A DNA stretch of 64,000 nucleotides from Bacteriovoracia bacterium (GTDB taxonomy: Bacteria; Bdellovibrionota; UBA1018; JBFWNL01): contig JBFWNL010000006.1 in assembly GCA_050251055.1 (NCBI GenBank), positions 192,001 to 256,000 of the forward strand, read 5' to 3'. The first letter of the stretch is position 1. Every line of letters starts with the position of its first letter. Made by a program: the position numbers and the translations under genes. The notes beneath the pieces are model-generated. The model was not told where the DNA came from, ran no database searches, and was given only the letters and a program-made list of their open reading frames with translations. Shown here piece by piece: positions 36,512 through 47,722 of the stretch.

Positions 36512-39172
36512 ATGAAAGATCAAGCAAGTCATCCCGAAGTTCACCGTTTATCCAACGGGATTCCCGTCTATTTTCAACACGTCGATGGTCTCGTCGCCGC
36601 GACCTATTGGTGGAATTCCACCGGCAGCGCCGATGAAAACCCAAAAGAAGCGGGGTTCGCCCACTTCCTCGAGCACATGCTTTTCAAGGACGCGACCTCG
36701 AAGGAAACCGGCAAGCCATCTGAGGGTAAGATGGCGCGAGCGATCGAATCCCTGGGCGGCGATATCAACGCTTACACTTCCTTCGATCAAACCGTCTATC
36801 ATGTGACCTGTGCCGAACAGCACTGGGAGAAGGTGCTCGACGCGTTCGGCGCGATGGCCAAACCCCAGAAATTCCTGAAAGACGACTTCGTGCGCGAGCG
36901 CGAAGTGATCTTGGAGGAGTTACGCAAAAACGAAGATTCGCCGGGCCGCATGATGTTTCAGAACCTCTTCGGCGCGAGCTTCGCCAAGCATCCGTACGGC
37001 CGCCCCGTGATCGGTTTCGTGAAGACGTTGAAGGCCGCGACCGTGAAGGACCTCGAAGCGTTTTATCGGCGCCGCTATGTTTCCGGAAACATGGGCGTGA
37101 TCTTGGTGGGGCCGATCGGCGAGGCCGGGAGCAAGCGCCGCAAGCAGCTCCTTCAGCTCTGCGAGAAACGCTTCGGCGCGCGCGCCATTCCGAAACGACC
37201 GCCGTTGACGACCAGGCGCGTGGTGGAAGCTGCGTTTCGCGCCAAAGAAGATTTCCGCGTGGTGCCGTTCGACGTGAAGACGCCCACGCTCGTGGTTTCA
37301 TTTCGGTGCCCCGATCTCAATCACGCCGATACGCCCGTGCTCGATATTATCTCTAGCGTGCTCGGCAGCGGCGAGCTTTCGCGCCTGTACCAATCTCTTT
37401 TCTATAAGAAGCAGCTTGTAACCGAAGCGTCCGCCGGCCTTTACGTTCCGCGTGACCCCGGCATGCTCTACTTCCAGATGGATTTCGAGGATCTCACGAA
37501 GCTGGACGGGGCGGTGGAAGCGTTTTGCGAAGAGCTCAAGCAGTTTCAGGCCGAAGGTCCGACCCTGAGCGAGCTCAACCGCGTGGTCACCAATATGGAA
37601 AGCGAGCGCGTGTACTCCACGCAGACAGTGGATGGCCTCGCGGGACGCATCGGTTTTCTCGCGTTCGGCATCAACGACATGGAGTTCGATCGCAAGTACA
37701 TCGACGCCTTGAAGGACGCGAGCGTGGACCGCATTCGGGAGGTCGCGACCAAGTATCTCGACCACCGCCGCATGGGCGTGGTGCTCATGGTGCCGAAAGA
37801 TCAGGCCAAGTACGACCTGTCCAGCCTGCGCGATAAGTTCCGGAAGGCGTTTGCCCCGGCCGAGAGTGAAAAAGCTCCGGCCAAGAAGATCGCGAAGCTT
37901 CCGGCCACCACTACGCCGCTCGAAGAGATGACCCTTTCCTCCGGCGTGAAGGTGCTCTACCACCCGCGGATGCATTCGCAGGTTTTCAGCCTGCACGCCT
38001 CCGCGTTGGGGGGGACCCGGTTGGAGCTTTCGGTGCCGGTGGAGAGCGCGGCCAGTGACTGGGGCCTGAGCCACCTTTTCTCGATGACCTGGACCAAGGG
38101 GACGGCGAAGAAGAAAGCCACCGAGGTGATGGAGATCGTCGAAGGCAGCGCCGCCAGCATGGACGGGTTTTCGGGCCGCAACAGCATTGGCCTGGAGATG
38201 ACCGGGCTTTCGCGCGACTGGGAGAAGCTCTCGCAGCTGTTTGGAGAAGCGCTTTTCGAGCCCGCGCTCCCCGAGGACGAGCTGGCGCACTCGCGTCGCC
38301 TAACCCTGGATTCGATCAAGGGCATGGAAGACCATACGGCCCAGCTCTGCTCGAAGCTTTTTTTGGAAACGCTCTTCGAGCGCCATCCTTACGGCAAGAA
38401 TTCCCTCGGGACGGAGCGCAGCGTAAGCGGCATCCACGCCGATAAGCTGAAAGCTTATCATGGCCGTTGGTTGCGGCCCGACAGCCTGGTGCTCAGCGTT
38501 TCCGGCACGATCAAGCGTAGTGATCTGGATCAGATGCTCGTGAATCTGAACGAGCGTGCCGAGGCGTTTAAGCAGAAGCTCTCGAATTCGGCGATCGCGA
38601 CCGTGGCCGACGAGCTGGATCTCAAGGCCCCCCGCTGGGTGGAGCGTAACTTGGGGCGCGAGCAGATTCACATTATCGTCGGCGGGTTGGGTTTGCGTCT
38701 CACGGACGAGGACCGGTTCGCCCTGCGCTTGCTCCAAACTTTGCTGGGCGGCCAGAGCGGTCGGCTTTTCATCGAGCTACGCGAAAAGAAGAGCCTCGCT
38801 TACACGGTAGCGCCCATGTCTTTTGAAGGAATGGAAAAAGGTTACGTGGGTACCTACATCGCGTGTTCCCCCAGCAAGAAGCAAGAGGCCATCGACGGGA
38901 TCAGGACCGTGCTCGAAAAATTCGCCAAGCAAGGTCCTACCGCGGCGGAAGTCGCGCGGGCGAAGGAGTTTTATCTCGGGCGTCGCGCGATGGATCTACA
39001 GAGCGATGCTTCACTCGCCGCGCACTTCGGACTGCAAAAGCTGTATGGCATCGGCCCCACGCCGGAAGCCGAGATCGCCCGCCGCATCCAGAGCGTGACG
39101 GGCAAGCAGATCCAGGAAGTCTGTCGCAAGTATTTCGTCGAGCCGCATATGGTGACCGCGGTGGTGGGTTAG
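36512..39172 (+). CDS. M16 family zinc peptidase (pitrilysin-like, duplicated domain pair)
   Basis: GFAHFLEHMLFK inverted zincin motif, NAYTSFD, HPYGRP; second inactive half ending in RLFIELREKKSLAY. Confidence 0.93.
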   Translation: MKDQASHPEVHRLSNGIPVYFQHVDGLVAATYWWNSTGSADENPKEAGFAHFLEHMLFKDATSKETGKPSEGKMARAIESLGGDINAYTSFDQTVYHVTCAEQHWEKVLDAFGAMAKPQKFLKDDFVREREVILEELRKNEDSPGRMMFQNLFGASFAKHPYGRPVIGFVKTLKAATVKDLEAFYRRRYVSGNMGVILVGPIGEAGSKRRKQLLQLCEKRFGARAIPKRPPLTTRRVVEAAFRAKEDFRVVPFDVKTPTLVVSFRCPDLNHADTPVLDIISSVLGSGELSRLYQSLFYKKQLVTEASAGLYVPRDPGMLYFQMDFEDLTKLDGAVEAFCEELKQFQAEGPTLSELNRVVTNMESERVYSTQTVDGLAGRIGFLAFGINDMEFDRKYIDALKDASVDRIREVATKYLDHRRMGVVLMVPKDQAKYDLSSLRDKFRKAFAPAESEKAPAKKIAKLPATTTPLEEMTLSSGVKVLYHPRMHSQVFSLHASALGGTRLELSVPVESAASDWGLSHLFSMTWTKGTAKKKATEVMEIVEGSAASMDGFSGRNSIGLEMTGLSRDWEKLSQLFGEALFEPALPEDELAHSRRLTLDSIKGMEDHTAQLCSKLFLETLFERHPYGKNSLGTERSVSGIHADKLKAYHGRWLRPDSLVLSVSGTIKRSDLDQMLVNLNERAEAFKQKLSNSAIATVADELDLKAPRWVERNLGREQIHIIVGGLGLRLTDEDRFALRLLQTLLGGQSGRLFIELREKKSLAYTVAPMSFEGMEKGYVGTYIACSPSKKQEAIDGIRTVLEKFAKQGPTAAEVARAKEFYLGRRAMDLQSDASLAAHFGLQKLYGIGPTPEAEIARRIQSVTGKQIQEVCRKYFVEPHMVTAVVG

Positions 39173-39179
39173 ACTGCCG

Positions 39180-40415
39180 ATGGCGCCCGCGATGGATCAC
39201 GCGCAGTGGAGCGCGGCCCTGGGCTCCGAGCCGCTGCCCTGCATGGCGGTCGATCTCGACGCCTTCGATCGCAACGTCGCGGCGGTCGCGAAGTTCCTTC
39301 AGCCCCATGACGCCGGCCCGGATCCCATCGCGGCCATGCCGGTCAAAACCATCCGGGTGGCGACCAAGTCCCTGCGGGTTCCGGAACTCATCAAGCGTGT
39401 GCTGCGCCACGGATCCCCGTATTGGGGATTGATGTGCTATTCGACGGCGGAAGCGGCGTTTCTCGCGCAGCAAGAGCTCGACGATTTCCTTATCGCTTAT
39501 CCGACCGTTCAGGCGTCCGACCTGGAAGTCCTCAAACGCTTGCATTTCGGCGGGAAGCTCGTGCGCATTGTCGTCGATTGTATCGAACATCTGCGCGTGA
39601 TCGACCAGGCGATGTCGGGTTGTCCCCATCCGTTTCCGGTCGTGATCGAAGTGGATGCGGCCTTGCCGGTGTTTGACCGGCGCCTGGGCGTGCGGCGCAG
39701 TCCCGTGCGGACGACGACGGATTTGGTCGCGCTCATTCGCGCGGCCAAGGTCTTCTCGAACGTCCAGGTGGATGGGTTGATGGTGTACGAGGCGCAGGTG
39801 GCGGGGTTGCCCGATCGCAACCCGTTCCGTCCTTGGCTGAATCCAATTCATGAGCTCGTGCGGCGCTTTTCCATGCGACGGCTCTGGAAGTTCCGCCAGG
39901 AGCTGAGCTCGGCGTTCGTCGCCGAAGGACTCGCGCTAGAGATTTTCAACGGCGGCGGGACGGGCAGCCTGAACTACGCGGCCCAGGAACCGTGGCTGAC
40001 CGAGCTTACCGCGGGCAGCGCGTTTTTCAGTCCGCACCTATTTGATTACTATTCGAACGTCCGCTTCGAGCCCGCCGCTTGCTTTGCCCTGCAGGCTTCG
40101 CGCATCTCCGATCCGGGCTATGTCACCTGCTTGGGTGGCGGGTACGTCGCTTCGGGGTCTCCGGGTTGGGACCGCGTGCCCAAGCCGTACATCCCGGCGG
40201 GCGCGAAGCTTTTGGGCGACGAAGGCGGCGGCGAGGTGCAGACCCCCGTGAAGTTACCGCCGCTCGCGCCCGTGAAGCTCGGCGACTTCGTGTTGTTTCG
40301 CCACGCGAAGGCGGGTGAGCTGGCCGAGCGTTTCAATGAGTGCCTACTCGTACAAGGTGGAAAAATCGTTGAAAGAGTAAGGACTTACCGCGGTCATGGG
40401 GAGTGCTATTTCTAG
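39180..40415 (+). CDS. PLP-dependent alanine-racemase-fold enzyme (D-serine dehydratase/aldolase-like)
   Basis: VDLDAFDRN, IRVATKSLR, YEAQVAG, NGGGTGS, GEVQTP, FRHAKAGEL. Confidence 0.85.
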   Translation: MAPAMDHAQWSAALGSEPLPCMAVDLDAFDRNVAAVAKFLQPHDAGPDPIAAMPVKTIRVATKSLRVPELIKRVLRHGSPYWGLMCYSTAEAAFLAQQELDDFLIAYPTVQASDLEVLKRLHFGGKLVRIVVDCIEHLRVIDQAMSGCPHPFPVVIEVDAALPVFDRRLGVRRSPVRTTTDLVALIRAAKVFSNVQVDGLMVYEAQVAGLPDRNPFRPWLNPIHELVRRFSMRRLWKFRQELSSAFVAEGLALEIFNGGGTGSLNYAAQEPWLTELTAGSAFFSPHLFDYYSNVRFEPAACFALQASRISDPGYVTCLGGGYVASGSPGWDRVPKPYIPAGAKLLGDEGGGEVQTPVKLPPLAPVKLGDFVLFRHAKAGELAERFNECLLVQGGKIVERVRTYRGHGECYF

Positions 40416-40454
40416 ACCTTAGGCCGTAAACGGCATTTGCTTTGCGTCATCCAA

Positions 40455-40475
40455 GATGATAACGGTTCTCATTAT
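40455..40475 (+). promoter_or_regulatory. Fur box
   Basis: GATGATAACGGTTCTCATTAT matches the 7-1-7 Fur inverted repeat and lies directly upstream of an iron-uptake operon. Confidence 0.8.
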
Positions 40476-40497
40476 TTAAATGTATGGGTACCGTGGC

Positions 40498-41637
40498 ATG
40501 AAACCTTCCGCTGAACCACCTGTTCGCCGTTTTTCTCGTTGGCTCCATCGCTGGTTCGGCCTGACGGTGGGAGTCGTCTTCGTGCTGCTCGGTTTGAGCG
40601 GAAGTTATCTCGCGTATCGCGATGTTTGGGGACCCGCTTTCGATGACCAGCCTTCCGCGCGCTCGGGCGAGTTAGCGCGCGAGTTCTCGCTGGCCGAGTG
40701 GGTGAAGACCGCCCGTGCCGAGAGCGGCCTAGCTTCCGATCCGCTCTCCGTGCGCCTGCCCGAACAACCGGGTCGCGCGCTTGAAGTGACATTCAACCGA
40801 AATCCGGGAGCGGGCGGACCCGGCGGACCGGGAGGAAATGACCCTTGGGCCGTGTATCTGGATCCGGCGACGGGCGCGTATTTGGGAGCCACGGCGCCTC
40901 GCGAGACGTTTACCGGAGTCCTCTACGCCTTTCACCACGACTTATTTTTGGGTTCCACCGGGAAGACGGCGCTCGCCGGGATCGGTTGGACGCTGATGGT
41001 TCTGCTTGCCGTCGGGTTGCTCCTAGCTTGGCCGCGCACCGGCGGGTGGCGTGGCCTCCTGCAAAAGCCTAGCTTCAGCAATACATCGATTTTTCACACC
41101 CGGTTTGGCATTTATTCGCTGGGGTTGTTGGCGATCGTCACGGGCTCTGGCGCGTTTATCGCGCGCTCGGATTGGTTCCTGGGACCGCGTCCCGTCCCGC
41201 CTTCCGTGCGTTCGGGAAGTAAAGACACGGGCGGGATGGACTTCGCGCGCTTTGATGCGGCTTTAGCCCGCGAAGCGATACCCGTTCAAGGCGCGTGGAT
41301 ACGTCGGGATCGGCGCACGGGCGCTTGGACCGTGAGCACGGGGCAAGGGGAAGGGGATTCCTTGCGGCGCTATCGCTACGATCCAGGAACGGGAGCGCTC
41401 GCCCAGGAGGTTCCGACCGCGCCCAGGGGTGGCCGCGCCGTCGGGGTGTTTCTCCACGATCTTCATGAAGGAAAGGTGGGCGGCCCCCTCGGCCGCGCAT
41501 TGATTTTTTTGTCCGGCTGGCTGCCTTTGGCTTTTTACGGAACGGGGGTGCTCATCTGGTGGCGCCGACGTGCCGGCCAGGGCCGCCGCGCGGCTACGTT
41601 GGGTATGAAGTCTCGTCTTCAAGAAAGTAGGCCATAA
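40498..41637 (+). CDS. PepSY-associated TM helix protein (PiuB-like)
   Basis: LHRWFGL...LSGS, YLDPATG, HHDL, LHDLHEG motifs; start may be at 40480. Confidence 0.88.
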   Translation: MKPSAEPPVRRFSRWLHRWFGLTVGVVFVLLGLSGSYLAYRDVWGPAFDDQPSARSGELAREFSLAEWVKTARAESGLASDPLSVRLPEQPGRALEVTFNRNPGAGGPGGPGGNDPWAVYLDPATGAYLGATAPRETFTGVLYAFHHDLFLGSTGKTALAGIGWTLMVLLAVGLLLAWPRTGGWRGLLQKPSFSNTSIFHTRFGIYSLGLLAIVTGSGAFIARSDWFLGPRPVPPSVRSGSKDTGGMDFARFDAALAREAIPVQGAWIRRDRRTGAWTVSTGQGEGDSLRRYRYDPGTGALAQEVPTAPRGGRAVGVFLHDLHEGKVGGPLGRALIFLSGWLPLAFYGTGVLIWWRRRAGQGRRAATLGMKSRLQESRP

Positions 41638-41638
41638 A

Positions 41639-43804
41639 GTGCGTCCTCGTATGCGGTATTCACGTTTGCTCGTTTACATCATTGGCGTCGTTTTCTTTTC
41701 GCGCGCGCAAGTCGGACGCGCCGAAGAAGTCCCCGCTCCGGCGGCGCCCGCTTTGCCCGAGGTCGTGGTTCGGGGGCAAGAAGATCCGGACAGCAAGAAG
41801 GCCGCGAGCTATCGGCCGGAAACCCCGGCTGTATCCAAGGTGGGCGAAAAGCTTTTGGAAACCCCGCAGACCGTCACGGTGGTTCCGAAGCAGGTGCTCG
41901 ACGACCAAGGTGCTACGACCTTGCGCGAGTCGTTGCGCAACGTCACCGGAATCAGCTTGGCGGCGGGTGAAGGCGGCAACCAGGGCGATAACCTCACGAT
42001 CCGGGGCTTCACCGCGCGGTCCGACCTGTTCCTCGATGGCATGCGGGATTTTGGCAACTATTATCGTGATTCCTTCAACTACCAGCAGGTTGAAGCGATC
42101 AAGGGCCCGGCGTCGCTCGCCTTCGGCCGCGGCTCCACCGGCGGCGTCATCAACCAGCAGAGCAAGGTCCCTCACTTGACCACCGCGGTGGACGGCTCGC
42201 TGGCCGTCGGAACGAATTCCACGCGTCGCGCGACCGTCGACGTGAATCAACCCCTTCCTTCCGTCGACGAGCACGCGGCCCTGCGTCTCAACCTGGTCGC
42301 CCACGAGAGCAATGTGACCGGCCGGGCCGTCGTCGAGAATCACCGCCTCGGGCTCGCGCCCTCTTTGGCCTTCGGGCTGGGTACCTCCACGCGCACGACG
42401 GTGAGCTATTTCCATCTCGCCGGCAACGACGTGCCGGACTACGGCATTCCCTTCCTGCTGGGGGAGCCCGCGCCGGTGAGTCGCGATAACTATTACGGTT
42501 TCAAGAACTCCAACTACCTGAAGACCGGGGTTGATGTATTTACCTTCCGGGTGGAGCGGGATTTTAACTCCCAGCTCACTCTGCGTGAACAGCTCCGTTA
42601 CGGCCACTACGATCGCGACATTCAAGTGACCGAGGCGCGCGTGGCCGCCAGCGTGACGGCCGCGACCCCTCTCGACAGCATCAGCGTGACCCGCAATCAG
42701 ATCGTCGCCAGCGGCACGGAGACCACGCTGGATAACGACTTGAGCCTCACGGCGAAGTTCGATACCGGTGGCATCGGGCATCGGCTGACCTGGGGCTTCG
42801 AGGCGATCCGTGAGACTTCCAACCCTCGGCGCTTTGCCTTCACGGGCGTGCCGGGAACGAACCTGCTCACCCCGAATATGGCCCAGGCGTTTGCCGGCAC
42901 CTCGGCTTTGAGCTCGCAAGTGGAAGCAAGCGTTACCACGTTCGCGCCGTACCTCTTGGATACCGTCGCCTTGGGCGAGCATTTCGATCTGATCCTGGGT
43001 GTGCGTTACGACTGGGCGGAGTCGAAGTACCAGCAGTTTATCGGCACCCTGGCCGATCTGCGCCGGGTGGATCGCATGGCGAGCTGGCGCGGGGGGCTCG
43101 TGTACAAACCCGTCACCGAAGGCAGCATCTATTTCAGTTACGGGACTTCATTTAACCCTTCTGCTGAGCAGCTTTCGCTGAGTTCGTCGACGGCTAACCT
43201 CGATCCCGAGCAGAGCCGGGTTTTCGAGCTGGGAACGAAGTGGGATCTGTTGGAAAAACGCCTAGGCGTGCAGGTGGCGGGCTTCCTGGATGAAAAGGTC
43301 AACGCGCGCACTCCGGACCCAAACAACTCGGCGTTGAACGTGCTCTCGGGCAAGCATCGCGTGACGGGCGCCGAGTTTGGCGTCACCGGCAGCGTTTCCA
43401 ACCGTTGGCAGCTCTTTACCGGCTACACGTATCTGAGCGGCGAAGTGGTGGCGAGCAACCGGGCGGGCGAGACGGGCCGTCCGTTGGCGAATACGCCCAA
43501 GCACACCGGCACGCTGTGGGCGACCTACCAGGCGACGTCGCGCTGGCAACTCGGCGGCGGCTTCAAGGGCGTTTCCCCGCGTCGCGCGAGCACGACTCCC
43601 AGCTCGATCAGCGGTTTGATGGACGAGGTTCCCGGTTATTGGACGTTTGATTTGCTGGCGAAGGTGCAGCTGAGCTCCGAGATCGACCTGCAACTCAACG
43701 TCTACAACCTGACGAACGCGTATTTCATCGAAGGGATTCATCCCGGTCACGTCGTGCCGGGGGAAGGGCGCAGCGGCTTGCTGACGGCGCATTTCAAGTT
43801 ATGA
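41639..43804 (+). CDS. TonB-dependent siderophore receptor (Fiu/PiuA-like)
   Basis: [25 protein letters not shown]...GG.IN plug motifs; NLTNAYF near the C-terminus. Confidence 0.93.
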   Translation: MRPRMRYSRLLVYIIGVVFFSRAQVGRAEEVPAPAAPALPEVVVRGQEDPDSKKAASYRPETPAVSKVGEKLLETPQTVTVVPKQVLDDQGATTLRESLRNVTGISLAAGEGGNQGDNLTIRGFTARSDLFLDGMRDFGNYYRDSFNYQQVEAIKGPASLAFGRGSTGGVINQQSKVPHLTTAVDGSLAVGTNSTRRATVDVNQPLPSVDEHAALRLNLVAHESNVTGRAVVENHRLGLAPSLAFGLGTSTRTTVSYFHLAGNDVPDYGIPFLLGEPAPVSRDNYYGFKNSNYLKTGVDVFTFRVERDFNSQLTLREQLRYGHYDRDIQVTEARVAASVTAATPLDSISVTRNQIVASGTETTLDNDLSLTAKFDTGGIGHRLTWGFEAIRETSNPRRFAFTGVPGTNLLTPNMAQAFAGTSALSSQVEASVTTFAPYLLDTVALGEHFDLILGVRYDWAESKYQQFIGTLADLRRVDRMASWRGGLVYKPVTEGSIYFSYGTSFNPSAEQLSLSSSTANLDPEQSRVFELGTKWDLLEKRLGVQVAGFLDEKVNARTPDPNNSALNVLSGKHRVTGAEFGVTGSVSNRWQLFTGYTYLSGEVVASNRAGETGRPLANTPKHTGTLWATYQATSRWQLGGGFKGVSPRRASTTPSSISGLMDEVPGYWTFDLLAKVQLSSEIDLQLNVYNLTNAYFIEGIHPGHVVPGEGRSGLLTAHFKL

Positions 43805-44481
43805 TCCTCAAACTTTCCCAGGTCCTGACGGCCGATCAAGTCGCCGAAGCGCGAAAACTCCTGACCCAAGCGACTTGGGTGGATGGAAAAGTTACGGCGG
43901 GATACCAGTCCGCGCAGACGAAGTTCAACGCCCAGGTGCCCGAAGGGCATCCGGTGGCGCGTCAGATCGGCGAGTGGATCCTGGCGTCGCTCGAGCGACA
44001 TCCGCTCTTCCTTTCGGCGGCGTTACCGTTACGGGTTTTTCCGCCGCTCTTCAACCGGTATGAGGGCGGCCAGAGTTTCGGCACCCACATTGACAACGCC
44101 ATCCGACAAGCTCCCGGCATGCCCTATCGACTGCGTACAGATCTATCGGCCACGCTCTTTCTCTCGGAGCCGTCCGAATACGACGGCGGCGAGCTATGCA
44201 TCGAGGATACCTATGGCGTCCACAGCGTTAAACTTCCCGCCGGAGACATGATTCTCTATCCGGCGAGCAGCCTTCATCATGTGAAGGCCGTTACGCGCGG
44301 GGCGCGGGTGTCGTCGTTCTTCTGGGTCCAGAGCATGATTCGTGAAGATGGGCTGCGCGCGACGCTATTTGATTTGGATACCGCCATCCAGAATCTGAAT
44401 CGCGATCATCCCGGGCATCCTTCCCTGGTCCAGCTCACCGGCGTTTACCATAACCTTTTGCGGCGGAGCGCCGAAGTATGA
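43801..44481 (+). CDS. piuC: PKHD-type Fe(II)/2-oxoglutarate hydroxylase
   Basis: [43 protein letters not shown]. Confidence 0.93.
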   Translation: MILKLSQVLTADQVAEARKLLTQATWVDGKVTAGYQSAQTKFNAQVPEGHPVARQIGEWILASLERHPLFLSAALPLRVFPPLFNRYEGGQSFGTHIDNAIRQAPGMPYRLRTDLSATLFLSEPSEYDGGELCIEDTYGVHSVKLPAGDMILYPASSLHHVKAVTRGARVSSFFWVQSMIREDGLRATLFDLDTAIQNLNRDHPGHPSLVQLTGVYHNLLRRSAEV

Positions 44482-45086
44482 TGACGGCGCTTTGGGGTTC
44501 GGCTCGCAACCCTTCCCTCTCCTTCGCACTGCATGCGTTGATCATTGCCGCCGGGCTCGTCCGATTTTCTTGGGGGCCACAACTGGATTTGTCTCCAGGC
44601 GTCGCCGGAGTCGAAGTAGAGCTCGTGGCGGGCTTCACCGCGCCGGAGCCCGCTCCGCCTGCGAGCGTTTCCGATATCGCCGTGTCCCAGCCGAAGCGCA
44701 AACCCCGGCCCGCGGCCGCGGAATCGACCGGCACGGACCGCATTGACGTCCGGGCGGGCAGCGGCGCGATCACGGAGGCGAAACCGAATTATCGCCGAAA
44801 TCCGGCGCCCCCTTATCCCGAGCGCGCGCGCTTCCTGCGGCAGCAGGGTTTGGTGGTGTTGACCGTGAGTGTGGATCGGCAAGGCGCGGTGAAATCCCTC
44901 GCTTTGGCCAAGAGCTCAGGCTACCCGCTGTTGGACCGCGCGGCGTTGATGGCCGTGCGTGGCTGGGAGTTTCAACCCGCACAATTGGGTCACGTAAGCG
45001 TGGAGGCGACGGTGTCGGTACCCGTTCGCTTCGAGCTCGCCGGCGGCGTGGCGACGGAATCCGCCGTCTCGGCCGTCAGCTTGTAG
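44478..45086 (+). CDS. tonB: Energy transducer TonB
   Basis: N-terminal TM with His; [26 protein letters not shown]. Confidence 0.88.
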   Translation: MMTALWGSARNPSLSFALHALIIAAGLVRFSWGPQLDLSPGVAGVEVELVAGFTAPEPAPPASVSDIAVSQPKRKPRPAAAESTGTDRIDVRAGSGAITEAKPNYRRNPAPPYPERARFLRQQGLVVLTVSVDRQGAVKSLALAKSSGYPLLDRAALMAVRGWEFQPAQLGHVSVEATVSVPVRFELAGGVATESAVSAVSL

Positions 45087-45105
45087 GGCGATCCAACTCT
45101 TTCGC

Positions 45106-45543
45106 TTATTTTAAGTCTTCGACGTAAACGTCGACGTGGTAGTCCAGGATCTCGAGCGACGAATGGCCGCGGTAGCCTTTCCCGGTGAGTCCGGAGTAGT
45201 AGAGGGAAAAAACAAAGCCCTTAATCCCCATCTTCAAAAAGCGCAGGGGCGGGCCGAGGGGGCCGGGAATTTGTCCGCTTTTTTCCATCAGCCAGACGAT
45301 CACGCGCACGAGCCAAGTCGGAAGCATCGCCAGGATACCCAAGAAGCTCTGCAGATCGGCCCGATCGGAAGCCGGGATTTCCGCCAGTAGTAACGGCGCA
45401 TGTTCCGCGCAGCCGCATTTTGAAAACGAGGGCAGGGATTCGTCGCCCGGGATGATGATGTCTCCCAGCTTATTGAGGCCGGCAAGCTCGGAAGGCTTCA
45501 GGCGGGCCGCCGCGGTTCCCGTCTGCGGGTTCATTTCGCTCAT
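45106..45543 (-). CDS. GMC-oxidoreductase-associated small protein (gluconate 2-dehydrogenase subunit 3-like)
   Basis: ATG 45543 overlaps the GMC stop; DIIIPGD.LPS motif; LYYSG near the end. Confidence 0.6.
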   Translation of the reverse strand: MSEMNPQTGTAAARLKPSELAGLNKLGDIIIPGDESLPSFSKCGCAEHAPLLLAEIPASDRADLQSFLGILAMLPTWLVRVIVWLMEKSGQIPGPLGPPLRFLKMGIKGFVFSLYYSGLTGKGYRGHSSLEILDYHVDVYVEDLK

Positions 45544-46934
45544 CGCGCGCCCTCCACGATCTTTCGGCTCGCCATCACTCCCAGGGCCATGATGGTGAAC
45601 GAAGGGTTGATGCCGGGGGCGGAGGGAAACACGCTCGAGTCGGCGGCATAAATGCGATGCGTGCCATGCACGCGGAAGTCGCCATCGACGACCGCATGTG
45701 CGGCGTCGGCGCCCATCACGCATCCGCCCATCAGGTGTAGGCCGAAGCCCTGATCGGACTGCAGGATATTTTTCGCGCCGGCGGCCACGAAGAATTCGCG
45801 CAGCGTAGAGAGCCCGGCGTCCCGTTTTCGCACATCCGCTTCGGTCAAGAACTTGCGCAGCTTCAGCTTGCCCGATCGCTCGACCTGGATCGATCCCGTG
45901 GGCTCGTCGCGCACGCAGACCTCCATGGACGCGTAATGACGGTAGCGTTTCATTAAATTCTGGTGGGATTTTCCATAGCCGGGAAAGAGCATGGCGGTGG
46001 CGATCGGCGGCGCGAAGACGTTCTCGAATTTGTAGCCCGCCCGCCGCAGTTTCACGTCGTCCGACTTCACGGATTGCAGCGCGCCCTTGTGCGCATCGAT
46101 CACCTCGTCGAACTCGGCGTAGGTCATGTACTGGGGGTGGCAGGAGAAATTCTCCCCCAAGGCGGGGAGCTTCGGCTTGAAGCCCGAGCGATGCAGGATG
46201 CGGGTGTTGCCGAAGGCGCCCGCGGCCAGCACGACGTGCGGAGCGCGCAGTGAAACCTTCTTGCCTCGCTGGGTGCCCGTGATGATCACGCCATCGGTCG
46301 TTTCCGCCACCGAGTCAGCTTCCCATTCGGACTCCACCTTCATGCCCAGCATCTCGGCGGCGCGGATCACCGTCACGAGCGAGCTCTGCTTGGAGTCGCG
46401 CGGGCAGCCGCCCAGGCAGACGATGCAGTCGGATCCGTGTTCGAGCGCGCAGTTCCCTTGCGCGCGCGTGAGCGGCTTCCACTGGTAGCCAGTACGCTCG
46501 AACGCCTGGGTGAAGATCTTCGCGTTGGCGTTATAGAAGGGCTCGGGGATGGCGCTCGTGCGCACGGTTTTGGCGATCTCGTCGTAAAACGGCGCAAAGT
46601 GGGCAGCCGAAAAAATGTCCAACCCTGAACGCGCTTTCCAGTCGTCGAAGGCCAGCTCGTCGAAGCGATCGAGCAGCGCCTGGTTGACGATCGAGGTTCC
46701 GCCGACGCACTTGGCGCGCAAAAAGCCTAGCCGACCATCAGCGCTCACCTCGATGCCGCCTCCCCAGAATAACTGCGACGAGTAAAGCATCTCATTGCGG
46801 GGGAAGGTTTTACGGTCGAAGGCGCGTCCCGCTTCGAGCAGTACGCAGCGCGCCCCGGCGCGGGTCAGCTCGTAGGCGATGCGCCCACCGGAAACGCCGG
46901 AGCCCACGATCGCGAAGTCGTAGGGCATGGACAT
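45540..46934 (-). CDS. GMC family FAD oxidoreductase
   Basis: VGSGVSGG, VGGTSIVN, CIVCLGGC, HLMGGCVMG, DSSVFPSAPGINP. Confidence 0.92.
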   Translation of the reverse strand: MSMPYDFAIVGSGVSGGRIAYELTRAGARCVLLEAGRAFDRKTFPRNEMLYSSQLFWGGGIEVSADGRLGFLRAKCVGGTSIVNQALLDRFDELAFDDWKARSGLDIFSAAHFAPFYDEIAKTVRTSAIPEPFYNANAKIFTQAFERTGYQWKPLTRAQGNCALEHGSDCIVCLGGCPRDSKQSSLVTVIRAAEMLGMKVESEWEADSVAETTDGVIITGTQRGKKVSLRAPHVVLAAGAFGNTRILHRSGFKPKLPALGENFSCHPQYMTYAEFDEVIDAHKGALQSVKSDDVKLRRAGYKFENVFAPPIATAMLFPGYGKSHQNLMKRYRHYASMEVCVRDEPTGSIQVERSGKLKLRKFLTEADVRKRDAGLSTLREFFVAAGAKNILQSDQGFGLHLMGGCVMGADAAHAVVDGDFRVHGTHRIYAADSSVFPSAPGINPSFTIMALGVMASRKIVEGAR

Positions 46935-47522
46935 TTATTTTCCGCCTTCGAAGCTGCAGGAGTAATGGATGCCGAGACGTTTGATCGTGCGGTGAAACTC
47001 CGCTTCCGGGCGCGGCGTGGTGGCTTCCGAGAACGCGTCGTTCATCTCTTCGAGAAAGCCGTAGGTGATGTCCTTGCCGAAACCTTGGGCGAGCTTTTTT
47101 AGGCGGGCCGCCCCCCGCGCGCGCAGGACGGGCTGAACCTGGTCGAGGAAAACCTTCGCGCTCTTTTCCTTTTTCGCCGCGGCGATGGCGTCGAAATAGG
47201 TGATGTAGGCATTCACATGGGATTTGAACTGGTCCGTATAATTTTTCAGCTCGGGCGGCAGCGCGGTCGCTTTCTGCAAGCGATCGAGCAGCGTTTTGGC
47301 CTGCTGCTGAGATTGAATGGGCGGCATTTCGGCCGGGCTGATCGCGTGAATCGCCTCCAAGCTCTTCTTATCGATGGCACTGGGTCCAGCCGAGCCCGTG
47401 GGCCCCTTGAGCGTGCACGGCTGACCAAAGAGCGTGACGGCTACGGAGGGGCCGTCGGCGGCGAAGGGGAGCGAAGGAAAAAGCAGAGCGATGATGAAGG
47501 CGACGAGGGCACGTGCGTACAT
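46935..47522 (-). CDS. Secreted hypothetical protein
   Basis: Signal peptide; helical; co-oriented with and abutting the GMC gene. Confidence 0.65.
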   Translation of the reverse strand: MYARALVAFIIALLFPSLPFAADGPSVAVTLFGQPCTLKGPTGSAGPSAIDKKSLEAIHAISPAEMPPIQSQQQAKTLLDRLQKATALPPELKNYTDQFKSHVNAYITYFDAIAAAKKEKSAKVFLDQVQPVLRARGAARLKKLAQGFGKDITYGFLEEMNDAFSEATTPRPEAEFHRTIKRLGIHYSCSFEGGK

Positions 47523-47722
47523 GGGTAAGCCTTAGTTTAAGCTCAGAAATCCGTGTCGTCTATGACCTACATCGGCCTTCCACAGGCCGTCCGGGGCCTC
47601 GATTTGCATCTTTGGGGGTTCCGCTTCAAAATATAAGGAGGGGGTATCCCCAAAAAGTGGTTAACCAAACTAAAATTGTCGGGAAATGGTGCCGATGAGG
47701 AAAGAGGAGGACCACCGCAGCC

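Noticed and set aside
41660-42982. Long antisense ORF opposite the TonB-dependent receptor (similar ones at 2107-3111, 23327-24343, 37298-38290, 54423-55553)
   Set aside because: Shadow frames of GC-rich genes with no recognisable motifs
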